A DNA stretch of 64,000 nt, taken from an uncultured virus (IMG/VR IMGVR_UViG_3300024289_000017) (taxonomy: Duplodnaviria; Heunggongvirae; Uroviricota; Caudoviricetes). A program made the translations under genes and the position numbers. This document shows, in pieces, positions 56,763-64,000 of the stretch. The stretch lies in IMG/VR virus record IMGVR_UViG_3300024289_000017; one strand, 5' to 3'. The number at the start of each line of letters is the position of its first letter. The stretch's first letter is position 1. Below the pieces are notes generated by a model. The model was not told the DNA's origin. It did no database searches and worked only from the letters and a program-made list of their open reading frames with translations.

Positions 56763-56903
56763 TCAATAATCGTAGTTGGAGTTTAGAAAAGAATTGAAAG
56801 ACTTTTCCTCATCTTCGACTTCATCAAAGAGTCCATCATAAGATGCTTCTGCAAAGTCGAAACCATCAGATTCTTCAATTTGGAAATCATCAAAGGTGTT
56901 CAT
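56763..56903 (-). CDS. 46-aa acidic protein
   Basis: Not in track: MNTFDDFQIEESDGFDFAEASYDG... Confidence 0.65.
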   Translation of the reverse strand: MNTFDDFQIEESDGFDFAEASYDGLFDEVEDEEKSFNSFLNSNYDY

Positions 56904-56985
56904 GAAGTGCTCCTTGACTGAACAAATGTAATTTAACTGATCTTGGTGTGGAAATCAAGTGTCTTGTGACAGTTTGAGAACTGTC

Positions 56986-57564
56986 TCAAAGTTTCTTATA
57001 AAGTATGATTTTCTTGTTTTCTCCAGTAGGTTTAACAAACTTTTGCTTTAATTGTTCTCCACTATCCCATTTCATTGAAGATGATTTGTGGGCAGGAAGT
57101 CCTGCGGTTTCACCTATAACTTCCCAATTATCTGCTTTATAAACTGCACCAGTGTTTCCACCTGCAACAAATGTGAGCAAATGCGATAGATCATCACCAT
57201 ATTTTTCTTTCCATACTTCTTGGCAAGAATTGCGAACAAGTTTCAAAATCTGTGTGCCTGCATTGGGTATCTTTCTCTTTAGGCAAAATCTCCAATTATT
57301 TGCGAAGTTGTTAAAAACCTTTCGATATTCATCTTTACTGAGATTTACCTTTTTCAACAAATCTTTCGGTGGTGGATATACTGAAGAACCAAGTCCAATC
57401 ATGCCAATACACTCAGGAAGTAAACCCTCCTGAGTATAATAAATCAACCAATCAATCCGTCTACCTACAGATGCTGCAGATGCGACATAACTGTGATAGT
57501 TCTCGATGATATTTTTTACTTCTTGCTTTTGTGCTTTTGTTGTAACTAACTCAATAGAAAACAT
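56986..57564 (-). CDS. Mom/DruA-like GNAT-fold DNA-modification protein
   Basis: NYHSY, NNWRFCL, LLTFV, NTGAVYKADNWEVIGETAG (Mom-family G-x-x-Y-x-A-x-N-W signature). Confidence 0.7.
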   Translation of the reverse strand: MFSIELVTTKAQKQEVKNIIENYHSYVASAASVGRRIDWLIYYTQEGLLPECIGMIGLGSSVYPPPKDLLKKVNLSKDEYRKVFNNFANNWRFCLKRKIPNAGTQILKLVRNSCQEVWKEKYGDDLSHLLTFVAGGNTGAVYKADNWEVIGETAGLPAHKSSSMKWDSGEQLKQKFVKPTGENKKIILYKKL

Positions 57565-58232
57565 TAGAAAGTTTTGTAAATATGAAACATCAATCCATGA
57601 TAACCAGAGGTATATTTTTTACCCGAACCTTTCATTTGAAGATGAAACATTTTATTGCCATTTGAGTCAATAAAATGTAGTGTGGTCTCATTCAATACCC
57701 ATTGTCCATTATACACCAGTTGCTCAAGATCTTCAACAGAGTACACTTGAGTATTAGTAGTAGGTTTATCAAACCAAATCAAATAATCAACTGGAGTGTC
57801 GCTCATGCCGCGGCGGACAATCACATCGAAGATTTCAAGTTTGTGTTGATTGAACCATTCAATCGCCCAATCATTGTATCCATCATCAATTTGACTTTTA
57901 GTGAGTCGATGTTGACGACTTTGACCTTTGCTTACATCTTTTCCAGGAATACCAAAGAAAGAATCAAACCACAGACGGAGATCTCCAGCAATGTTAAAAA
58001 ACTCACACCACCTTTCAGTAGAAGTTAGGTGACATTGAGTGTGATTCTTACTGACAGATTTGAGACTGTAAGAAACACCAGTTTCGTTGTTAATGATGTC
58101 TTGCTTTGTCTTGGGTTTTCCATCAACAACATGACCAGCAGTTTTAGTATTCAACCAATCACAAATGCGCTGTTCATTAAGATGACCGATGCGCTTTGCT
58201 TCGGTTCCTGCAATGATTTGGGCAGTAGTCAT
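57564..58232 (-). CDS. HinP1I/MspI-like PD-(D/E)XK restriction endonuclease
   Basis: GHLNE, KQD, SLKSVS..HTQ, EWFNQHK..IVRRG, HLQMKGSG, LMFHI are colinear with recalled HinP1I motifs (GFKNE, KSD, QVKLVS..FNQ, IQRKGG, LQFKI). Confidence 0.72.
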   Translation of the reverse strand: MTTAQIIAGTEAKRIGHLNEQRICDWLNTKTAGHVVDGKPKTKQDIINNETGVSYSLKSVSKNHTQCHLTSTERWCEFFNIAGDLRLWFDSFFGIPGKDVSKGQSRQHRLTKSQIDDGYNDWAIEWFNQHKLEIFDVIVRRGMSDTPVDYLIWFDKPTTNTQVYSVEDLEQLVYNGQWVLNETTLHFIDSNGNKMFHLQMKGSGKKYTSGYHGLMFHIYKTF

Positions 58233-58257
58233 GAATTAGATGTCAAAAGTGAATAAT

Positions 58258-58683
58258 TTAGCGACTCATAATTGCTTTGAGTCTTGCCTTCTTTGCTGCA
58301 AGTTCAGATTGTGCTCTGCTTTGCATTTCTCCATGAGATTGTCTAATCTGTTTCCCCTTCCAAGTAGCAGATTGTCTAGCAACTTGTTGGTTATACAAAT
58401 TAGGTTCCATTGTTGGACTTTGCTCAGTCTGCAACTCTTCCTTTACCTTCTTCGCTGCTTTTTCTCTACGCTTGAGTTCTCTCTTTACAGCACCACCGCC
58501 ACTACGATTAACAATGAGTTTTTCTATTTCTTTTTTCTTTGGTTTACCTGCTGGACCTGAATGTGACTGGAGAGTGTAACTTTTTACTCCATCAACTTCT
58601 TTATAAGTTCCAGGAACTGCGTGTGGTGGAGTATTTGGTTTTTTACCTTCACAAATTTCGTAGAACTCTTTGAATGTCAACAT
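58258..58683 (-). CDS. Basic late-type protein with CTS-like N-terminus
   Basis: MLTFKEFYEICEG; TAAATA at 58704-09. Confidence 0.62.
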   Translation of the reverse strand: MLTFKEFYEICEGKKPNTPPHAVPGTYKEVDGVKSYTLQSHSGPAGKPKKKEIEKLIVNRSGGGAVKRELKRREKAAKKVKEELQTEQSPTMEPNLYNQQVARQSATWKGKQIRQSHGEMQSRAQSELAAKKARLKAIMSR

Positions 58684-58712
58684 TTGTCTATTGTTTTTTT
58701 GATTATTTATTT

Positions 58713-58982
58713 TTACTCAAACTCAAGAGTCCTATTTGCTTTTTGAAGTGGGTTCGGAGTTTGATATTCAAATTGTGAGGGAGTTTCAACAAATACTTCG
58801 ATTTTAGTTTCATCGTTCCAATGTCGAATCACACCAGCACAAATAAAAGCATTAGTAATCAAATAAGTTGCAAATATAAAAGTGCGAATAATTGCAACCT
58901 TATCAGATTCTTTATCACATTTGCTTGCCTTTTCACCCAATGCTTTTGCCCACCAGCGCCATGCAGTCTTGTTCTTCTTCAT
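58713..58982 (-). CDS. Small membrane protein
   Basis: WRWWAKALGEKA..VAIIRT..AGVIRHW. Confidence 0.7.
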   Translation of the reverse strand: MKKNKTAWRWWAKALGEKASKCDKESDKVAIIRTFIFATYLITNAFICAGVIRHWNDETKIEVFVETPSQFEYQTPNPLQKANRTLEFE

Positions 58983-59208
58983 GTTTTGATTGTCTTGATT
59001 TAACATACTTCAACTGTTTCCAATCTTCTTTGTAACAAACCACAAGCAATCTTTCGTTTGCATGAATAGGGCAAGCATGATAGTTTACTTTATCTTTAGG
59101 ACGAACAATGTACTCGATAGTAATGTATTCGTCATCCTTAAAATAAACCCAACCTTCAACACCCTTTGTCCATTCTACATAATCATTGACTTGTGGTTTG
59201 TATTTCAT
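58933..59208 (-). CDS. Hypothetical protein
   Basis: YKPQVNDYVEW..EGWVYF. Confidence 0.7.
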   Translation of the reverse strand: MKYKPQVNDYVEWTKGVEGWVYFKDDEYITIEYIVRPKDKVNYHACPIHANERLLVVCYKEDWKQLKYVKSRQSKHEEEQDCMALVGKSIG

Positions 59209-59486
59209 ACAAAGAACGCATCTAGTGGAGATTGTTTAATGGGCATTGCGGTGTAGTTTCGCGTGTCCGTGATATTTACACGAGCACCGATGGTTTTACT
59301 ATTGATGGGGGCGAAGTATTCTCTGGTCTTGGACTTGTAGAATCCCCAGATGGTTTTTGTTGCAGCACCATTATTGTAATCAAACTTGCGATGGCAATGC
59401 AACCATATAGCAATAACTCCGCGCTTAAACTCTTCGAACTCATAAGAATACCCCTTTGGTGGATGATGAGGAAACTCAGCAATCAT
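59205..59486 (-). CDS. Hypothetical protein
   Basis: FPHHPPKGYSY..TIWGFY..YTAM. Confidence 0.7.
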   Translation of the reverse strand: MIAEFPHHPPKGYSYEFEEFKRGVIAIWLHCHRKFDYNNGAATKTIWGFYKSKTREYFAPINSKTIGARVNITDTRNYTAMPIKQSPLDAFFV

Positions 59487-59643
59487 AGAACTTGTCTCGC
59501 GACATGTACTCAATTTGTTTTTGCAGTTGTAAGATTTCGTGTTCTTGTTCTGCAATTTTACTTTGCAGTTGTTCAATGCGATCTTGATACTGTTTCTTCA
59601 AATCAAACACCATTTTATTGGTGTGAGCAACATGGTGAGTCAT
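59476..59643 (-). CDS. 55-aa coiled-coil protein
   Basis: Not in track: MTHHVAHTNKMVFDLKKQYQDRIEQLQ... Confidence 0.6.
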   Translation of the reverse strand: MTHHVAHTNKMVFDLKKQYQDRIEQLQSKIAEQEHEILQLQKQIEYMSRDKFYDC

Positions 59644-59885
59644 CAGGTCGTAAAAGATTCAACTACTACAGATTCTACATCTTCTGCAAGAGCATAAGTC
59701 CTTGAGTTTAACACATTTTCGCGAAGAGTAGTGTAATGTTGCTCATAGAAGTTTCCTTCATCCTCCGCAGCAATTAAATCAAAACATTCATTGTCATCTT
59801 TGGCAATTACATTCCAAAGTCCACCGTATTCACTAGATGGAAAAGGAATGTAGTGGTCAACGATGTAAAGAAACTTTTGTGTCAT
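59643..59885 (-). CDS. Hypothetical protein
   Basis: LYIVDHYIPFPSSEYGGLW...ESFTT. Confidence 0.75.
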   Translation of the reverse strand: MTQKFLYIVDHYIPFPSSEYGGLWNVIAKDDNECFDLIAAEDEGNFYEQHYTTLRENVLNSRTYALAEDVESVVVESFTT

Positions 59886-59908
59886 TTGTCTTTGTAAATT
59901 ACCTCTTT

Positions 59909-59937
59909 AGTTTAATGTCATTGAATAGAATTGTCAA
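59909..59937 (-). promoter_or_regulatory. sigma70 promoter
   Basis: TTGACA-17 nt-TAAACT; GAGG SD downstream. Confidence 0.75.
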
Positions 59938-60015
59938 CATCATCATCGGAAGCAATCAAAAATGCAAACCCAATGGTAAGTAGAGAACCTAGTCCCATTC
60001 CAAGTAGAAAAGTCA

Positions 60016-60153
60016 TCAGTAAAACTCTGCAAGATAATAGTCAACTGTCACTTCAAGTTTTGCTGCTTCACGCTCAATTTCTTTCCAAAACTCTTCTGCT
60101 ACTTTGTCCATTTCTGCTTGTTTAATGAGGTCGCGGAGTCGTTTTGGGATCAT
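60016..60153 (-). CDS. 45-aa hypothetical protein
   Basis: Not in track: MIPKRLRDLIKQAEMDKVAEEFWKEIEREAAKLEVTVDYYLAEFY. Confidence 0.65.
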   Translation of the reverse strand: MIPKRLRDLIKQAEMDKVAEEFWKEIEREAAKLEVTVDYYLAEFY

Positions 60154-60284
60154 TTTAGGTGTTGAGTTGCTTGTTGACGATAATATGATTTATACATTGC
60201 ATCATCACGCTGGATTAGGAAAACATTCCAACCAAGAATAACTGCAAAACCAATCAATCCAACAACAATGTACTTTTTGTTCAT
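60150..60284 (-). CDS. 44-aa membrane peptide
   Basis: Not in track: MNKKYIVVGLIGFAVILGWNVFLIQRD... Confidence 0.6.
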   Translation of the reverse strand: MNKKYIVVGLIGFAVILGWNVFLIQRDDAMYKSYYRQQATQHLK

Positions 60285-60688
60285 TTGTTCATTTGAAGAG
60301 TAGGAACGGGCATACCACCTTCAGTGGGAACATAGATGGTCACATTACCTTTGTTAGATCCTTCTTCAAGACCAGTAATGTAAAGATACTGAAGATACTC
60401 ACGATTATCTTTCAGCGAATCACCAATGATTTGGTTTGCCTTGGCAACACCAGTGGCACGGATAATTTCAGCATCAGCAAGTTGTTGTGCTGAATCTTTC
60501 TTTGCTTGTGCTTCCAAAACAGCAACCTGTCGGGTATATTCTGCTTTTTGCAGTTCTGCTTTACCAGCAAGAGATTGTTGCCACACATTGTATTGAGGTC
60601 CACCAATGAAGATAAGACCACCAATCACTACCACACCTACAGTAATAGCAGCAACTGCAGGGTCAATAAATCCGTTTTGTTGTTTCAT
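60281..60688 (-). CDS. Membrane-anchored protein resembling the SPFH/band-7 C-terminal region
   Basis: N-terminal TM, AEIIRATGVAKANQIIGDSL, YLQY, IYVPTE. Confidence 0.65.
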   Translation of the reverse strand: MKQQNGFIDPAVAAITVGVVVIGGLIFIGGPQYNVWQQSLAGKAELQKAEYTRQVAVLEAQAKKDSAQQLADAEIIRATGVAKANQIIGDSLKDNREYLQYLYITGLEEGSNKGNVTIYVPTEGGMPVPTLQMNK

Positions 60689-60705
60689 AATAATTTACCT
60701 AAGAA

Positions 60706-61125
60706 TTAAACAGCAAGGGCAGCAGAGGGGATTTCAACAACTTCAGGCATTTTAGTTCCCCACTGGTGACGATCATAGCATACCCACTCACCTTTCAGAG
60801 TGTAGATGTAAGCATACTCTTCACCCTCAGCAAGATACTCATATTTGTTAGCATCAAGGCGAGGGGGGCAATCTTCACCACGCTCAGAGTAATACTGAGG
60901 ACCATATTCAGATTTCTTTTCTACACCTTCAGAAGTGCGGAAGTGATCATCAGTCCAACAGCAAGACATATCACCACCATCAATCAGTTCGGCAACTTTC
61001 TGACGGGTGTTGTAATGGGTACGGAGAATACGACCCAACCATTCAGGATAACCATCCCAATGGTGGTAAGCAGAAAGAATAGATCCGTCAGAGAGTTCAA
61101 GACCAATTCGTGCTCGGGTTGCCAT
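60706..61125 (-). CDS. Conserved phage hypothetical protein
   Basis: MATRARIG..YHHWDGYPEWLG..EEYAY. Confidence 0.75.
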   Translation of the reverse strand: MATRARIGLELSDGSILSAYHHWDGYPEWLGRILRTHYNTRQKVAELIDGGDMSCCWTDDHFRTSEGVEKKSEYGPQYYSERGEDCPPRLDANKYEYLAEGEEYAYIYTLKGEWVCYDRHQWGTKMPEVVEIPSAALAV

Positions 61126-61212
61126 TTGAGAGTTGTCTCCGTTGATTACTTTGTAAGTATAGGGTCTCCTGCGACCCCTGCGAGCATGTGTGGGACAGTT
61201 CCCCAACTGTCC

Positions 61213-62049
61213 TCAGTACAATAAACTCTCTAGTGCATTTGGATTAGATTCCACCTTCACTTCTGGATGTTTGATGATAATAAGTTCCGTTTTCTTTCCT
61301 CTGCAACTTACATCACCTGCCATCTGATAATCAAACTCCAAATAGCGAAACTCTGTCCAATCTTTATAAAGTTCTTTAAGGTAATCTGTGTTGTCATAAG
61401 ACATCACGAACCCACCTTTATGTTGCTTCAAGACATCAGAAAGTTTATCGTGATTGAATCCTTCGTGAGTGCTTCCATCAATACCATAATAGTATGATGT
61501 AGTTTTATAATAAGGAGGATCCAAATACATAAAATCATTCTGATGCTTTGGTATTGTATCAAAACAATTTCCAAAAGAAAATGAGAAGTTTGGATTATAG
61601 AACCCAATGAGTTTATGAATACCAGAAAGATTTAGATTCTTTCTGGATGATTCTGATGTGTGACCAAGATCTCCACTAAAGGCACCTTTGATGCAAATGT
61701 AAAATGACCATGCTCGGGTGAACTTATCATCACTCTCTAAAAGAGGAAGAAAAGACTTATAGTGTTCTCTATCTTTTAGAGGATAATGCTTTGCTGCTTC
61801 TTCTCCAATTCTCTTTCCACCTTCTGTGGTTAGAATCTCCCAAAAATCAGCAAGAGGTTGAAATAAATCATATGCTTGAACTTTTACACCTCTTGCTGCA
61901 AGGGCAAGTTCAATACAACCTCCACCCATGAAAGGTGACATCATATATGTAAGATTAGGATGAATCTCATCAATAATCTTAATGATCTCATCTTTCATAG
62001 TGTTTTTACCACCAGCGTAGCGGTATAAACTTGTGGAGGTATATCTCAT
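61213..62049 (-). CDS. dam: Dam-like (D12 class) N6-adenine DNA methyltransferase
   Basis: RYAGGK, PFMGGG, YLDPPY, MSY, TELII. Confidence 0.9.
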   Translation of the reverse strand: MRYTSTSLYRYAGGKNTMKDEIIKIIDEIHPNLTYMMSPFMGGGCIELALAARGVKVQAYDLFQPLADFWEILTTEGGKRIGEEAAKHYPLKDREHYKSFLPLLESDDKFTRAWSFYICIKGAFSGDLGHTSESSRKNLNLSGIHKLIGFYNPNFSFSFGNCFDTIPKHQNDFMYLDPPYYKTTSYYYGIDGSTHEGFNHDKLSDVLKQHKGGFVMSYDNTDYLKELYKDWTEFRYLEFDYQMAGDVSCRGKKTELIIIKHPEVKVESNPNALESLLY

Positions 62050-62222
62050 ATTGGTAACTTTGCTACAGATTTTCCTTTCTTATGATCAGCAATATACTTT
62101 CGTGCAGATGATTCTGTTCTGCAGATTTTTTCTAATTGCTGACCGTTATGGATAATTATATATCCTTTTTTACCAAATGGCACTGCCGCATACTCACCTT
62201 TACCTACAATAAATCCCTCCAT
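62046..62222 (-). CDS. 58-aa hypothetical protein
   Basis: Not in track: MEGFIVGKGEYAAVPFGKKGYIIIHNGQQL... Confidence 0.7.
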   Translation of the reverse strand: MEGFIVGKGEYAAVPFGKKGYIIIHNGQQLEKICRTESSARKYIADHKKGKSVAKLPI

Positions 62223-63223
62223 CAGTTAATTTCAACAAGAGATTGAGGATCTTCCACACCAATCAGTTGGGGAAGAGCACCTGCAATCGAATATGCAGAA
62301 GATTGATTACTCATACGCTTAACAACATATTGAACAACAAGATCATCAAGTTTTTTGAGATAATCAACTGCGAACTGTCGTTGTTTGGTAACTTCTTCTG
62401 CAGTTTCACAACCTTTAGTATAAGTCACAACATCAGTCATCTCAATGTCCCTTTGGACAAAGTTTTCCATAATTTGGATGAAACCACGCTTCACATACAT
62501 TACATCTTTACAACAAATCACAACAGGATTTGTAGAAGAATCAGTATCTACAATTTCAGCAACTTTAGACTGTGCGTTTTGTGGGTAAGGGAATGGGAGA
62601 ATGTTGACAGCGATTGTGGTTTGTTGATAGATTCGATTTACGGCATCTTCAACTTGCTTTGCTGTAAAAGAGTGATCAATACTTTCAATCCAATTTTTGA
62701 TTTCTTTCTTTGAAAGATTACTACCGTGACGCTTGCAGTAGCACACGCCACGATTCACAAAATCATTGATAGTATGTCGCTTTGCAACTGTGTGATTGTT
62801 AGAACCAAGAGACACCATATCATAGGCATCTTCAATACGATCTTCCCAATCTTTTTTGAGTCGATATACAAGAAAGGGATAATCTTGAATACCAAGTTTA
62901 TATGCAGCGTTGCTACGATTGTATCCATCCCAAAGTTGCTTTTTACCATTGGGAAGAATCATCACAACAGGAGGAAGTTCGGTTACGCGATAACCTTTTT
63001 GAAACTCTGCAATGAGACCGTTGATATTATCAGTATCAACACCACCTGCTCGTGCTTTATTTTTTTGTTGTTGAATTTGAAGTTGATTCCACTTAAGAAT
63101 TTGAATATCATCAAATTCAGCACATTCAAATTCAGGAATGTCAAGAGAGTCAAAAGTAGGATTGCTCAGAAGAGCATCCCAAGAAGTCACATTAGACTGG
63201 AAAAAAGGAACAATTTGAGTCAT
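62222..63223 (-). CDS. ParB/Srx-like domain protein
   Basis: LPPVVM...LWDGYNRSNAAYKLG resembles the ParB-N DGxHR motif. Confidence 0.6.
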   Translation of the reverse strand: MTQIVPFFQSNVTSWDALLSNPTFDSLDIPEFECAEFDDIQILKWNQLQIQQQKNKARAGGVDTDNINGLIAEFQKGYRVTELPPVVMILPNGKKQLWDGYNRSNAAYKLGIQDYPFLVYRLKKDWEDRIEDAYDMVSLGSNNHTVAKRHTINDFVNRGVCYCKRHGSNLSKKEIKNWIESIDHSFTAKQVEDAVNRIYQQTTIAVNILPFPYPQNAQSKVAEIVDTDSSTNPVVICCKDVMYVKRGFIQIMENFVQRDIEMTDVVTYTKGCETAEEVTKQRQFAVDYLKKLDDLVVQYVVKRMSNQSSAYSIAGALPQLIGVEDPQSLVEIN

Positions 63224-63288
63224 AATTAAAAGTTAGCAATTTGCTTTGAGTGTCGATGCTATGAACAGAAGTTCTGACCAACGAGACA

Positions 63289-63317
63289 AGATTAACAACT
63301 TTGGGTGGGGATGTCAA
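63289..63317 (-). promoter_or_regulatory. sigma70 promoter with a stem-loop around the -35
   Basis: TTGACA-17 nt-TAATCT; TGGGG...CCCCA flanks the -35. Confidence 0.7.
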
Positions 63318-63333
63318 GCCCCATTTTGGGATC

Positions 63334-63846
63334 TTAAAAACTCTTTACATACTCGTAATCAAACTCTTCTGCTTCTGCAAAGTAGTCTTTTTCATACTGA
63401 TCCTGGTATCCGTGAAGGAAAAAATGATCCTGATTTGGATTACAACTTCCAGTAAGAACAGCACCAGTAAACTTAGTGTTGTAGATCATATTTGAAGGAA
63501 CACAGCACGCTTTCCCAAGTTTTACATCAGTAAAGATAAAGAAATCGGCAAGTTTTTCGTTGACAGAACTGCTGGCGCGACTATTCTTCAGGATTACACC
63601 ACGCACTGCCATTTTTGACACATTCTTGAATTGAATGACTTTTGATTCATAAGTGCATCCATCAGTGCCAATCAAATCTACTCCAGGTAGATTAACTCTC
63701 TTGAGTTGTCCTTTGCTATAAACATCATATGCAATCTCCACAAGTTCCCCTGCTTTGGGAAAGCGAAGATTATTTGTGGTATAGTCTCTCAAACTCCACA
63801 AGAGTTTAGAAAGGCGATCTAGTTCAAATGTGTTGAAATCAATCAT
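63334..63846 (-). CDS. Putative PD-(D/E)XK nuclease
   Basis: GELVE...NLPGVDLIGTDGCTYESK. Confidence 0.5.
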   Translation of the reverse strand: MIDFNTFELDRLSKLLWSLRDYTTNNLRFPKAGELVEIAYDVYSKGQLKRVNLPGVDLIGTDGCTYESKVIQFKNVSKMAVRGVILKNSRASSSVNEKLADFFIFTDVKLGKACCVPSNMIYNTKFTGAVLTGSCNPNQDHFFLHGYQDQYEKDYFAEAEEFDYEYVKSF

Positions 63847-63848
63847 AA

Positions 63849-64000
63849 TCAGCGTTTGATTGTGGAAATAGCAGGTTCACCTTGTTGAAACACAGTGTCA
63901 ACAACATTCTGAATTTTTTTAGCGGTGGAGATTCCCACAGAGTTGAAGGTCGGGATAATCACCAGACCATACGACTTATGGTAGTCCTCCAACCGTCCAG
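63849..64000 (-). CDS. C-terminus of an upstream gene (probably a cyanophage DEAD-like helicase), partial
   Basis: Manual translation ...GRLEDYHKSYGLVIIPTFNSVGISTAKKIQNVVDTVFQQGEPAISTIKR; helicase call is from recollection of similar C-termini. Confidence 0.5.
   Translation of the reverse strand, partial: GRLEDYHKSYGLVIIPTFNSVGISTAKKIQNVVDTVFQQGEPAISTIKR

Noticed and set aside
56986..57564. Druantia defence system
   Set aside because: Only a DruA/Mom-like GNAT domain is present; no DruE-type helicase or other Dru genes are adjacent
55597..63229. Long plus-strand ORFs (e.g. 55597-56211, 59232-59705, 60766-61224, 62243-63229)
   Set aside because: All antisense to well-formed minus-strand genes, with no recognisable motifs or promoters
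1..64000. tRNA/rRNA genes and photosynthesis genes (psbA, hli)
   Set aside because: No cloverleaf or T-loop signatures seen in intergenic spaces, and no matching ORFs in this window

Overview
This window is a segment of a T4-like myophage genome of the cyanomyophage (Kyanoviridae-like) type, and essentially all real genes are on the minus strand. Positions 1-44.7 kb hold the late/structural block: uvsW (partial), uvsY, gp3, gp23, gp22, gp21, prohead-core ORFs, gp20, gp19, gp18, gp17, a 662-aa modular ORF, gp16, gp15, gp14, gp13, an NblA-like small ORF missing from the ORF track, a DUF4815-type virion protein split into two ORFs, gp8, a 4160-aa gp7, gp6 and gp25. T4-type TAAATA late promoters precede most of these units. 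Positions 44.7-46.7 kb carry small conserved ORFs and a GT-A-like protein. Positions 46.8-48.6 kb are a largely non-coding hinge with a G10 tract, back-to-back consensus sigma70 promoters, G-tracts, a 33-nt tandem repeat and an AT-rich stretch. Positions 48.6-64 kb are a dense early region of small ORFs driven by nine copies of a 24-bp palindrome plus -10 box. Embedded in it are a translationally coupled HinP1I-like endonuclease and Mom-like GNAT pair, a Dam-like methylase, a ParB-like protein, a second PD-(D/E)XK-like ORF and late-promoter genes with T4 capsid-targeting-like motifs. All family assignments come from motif recognition and synteny; no database search was run.
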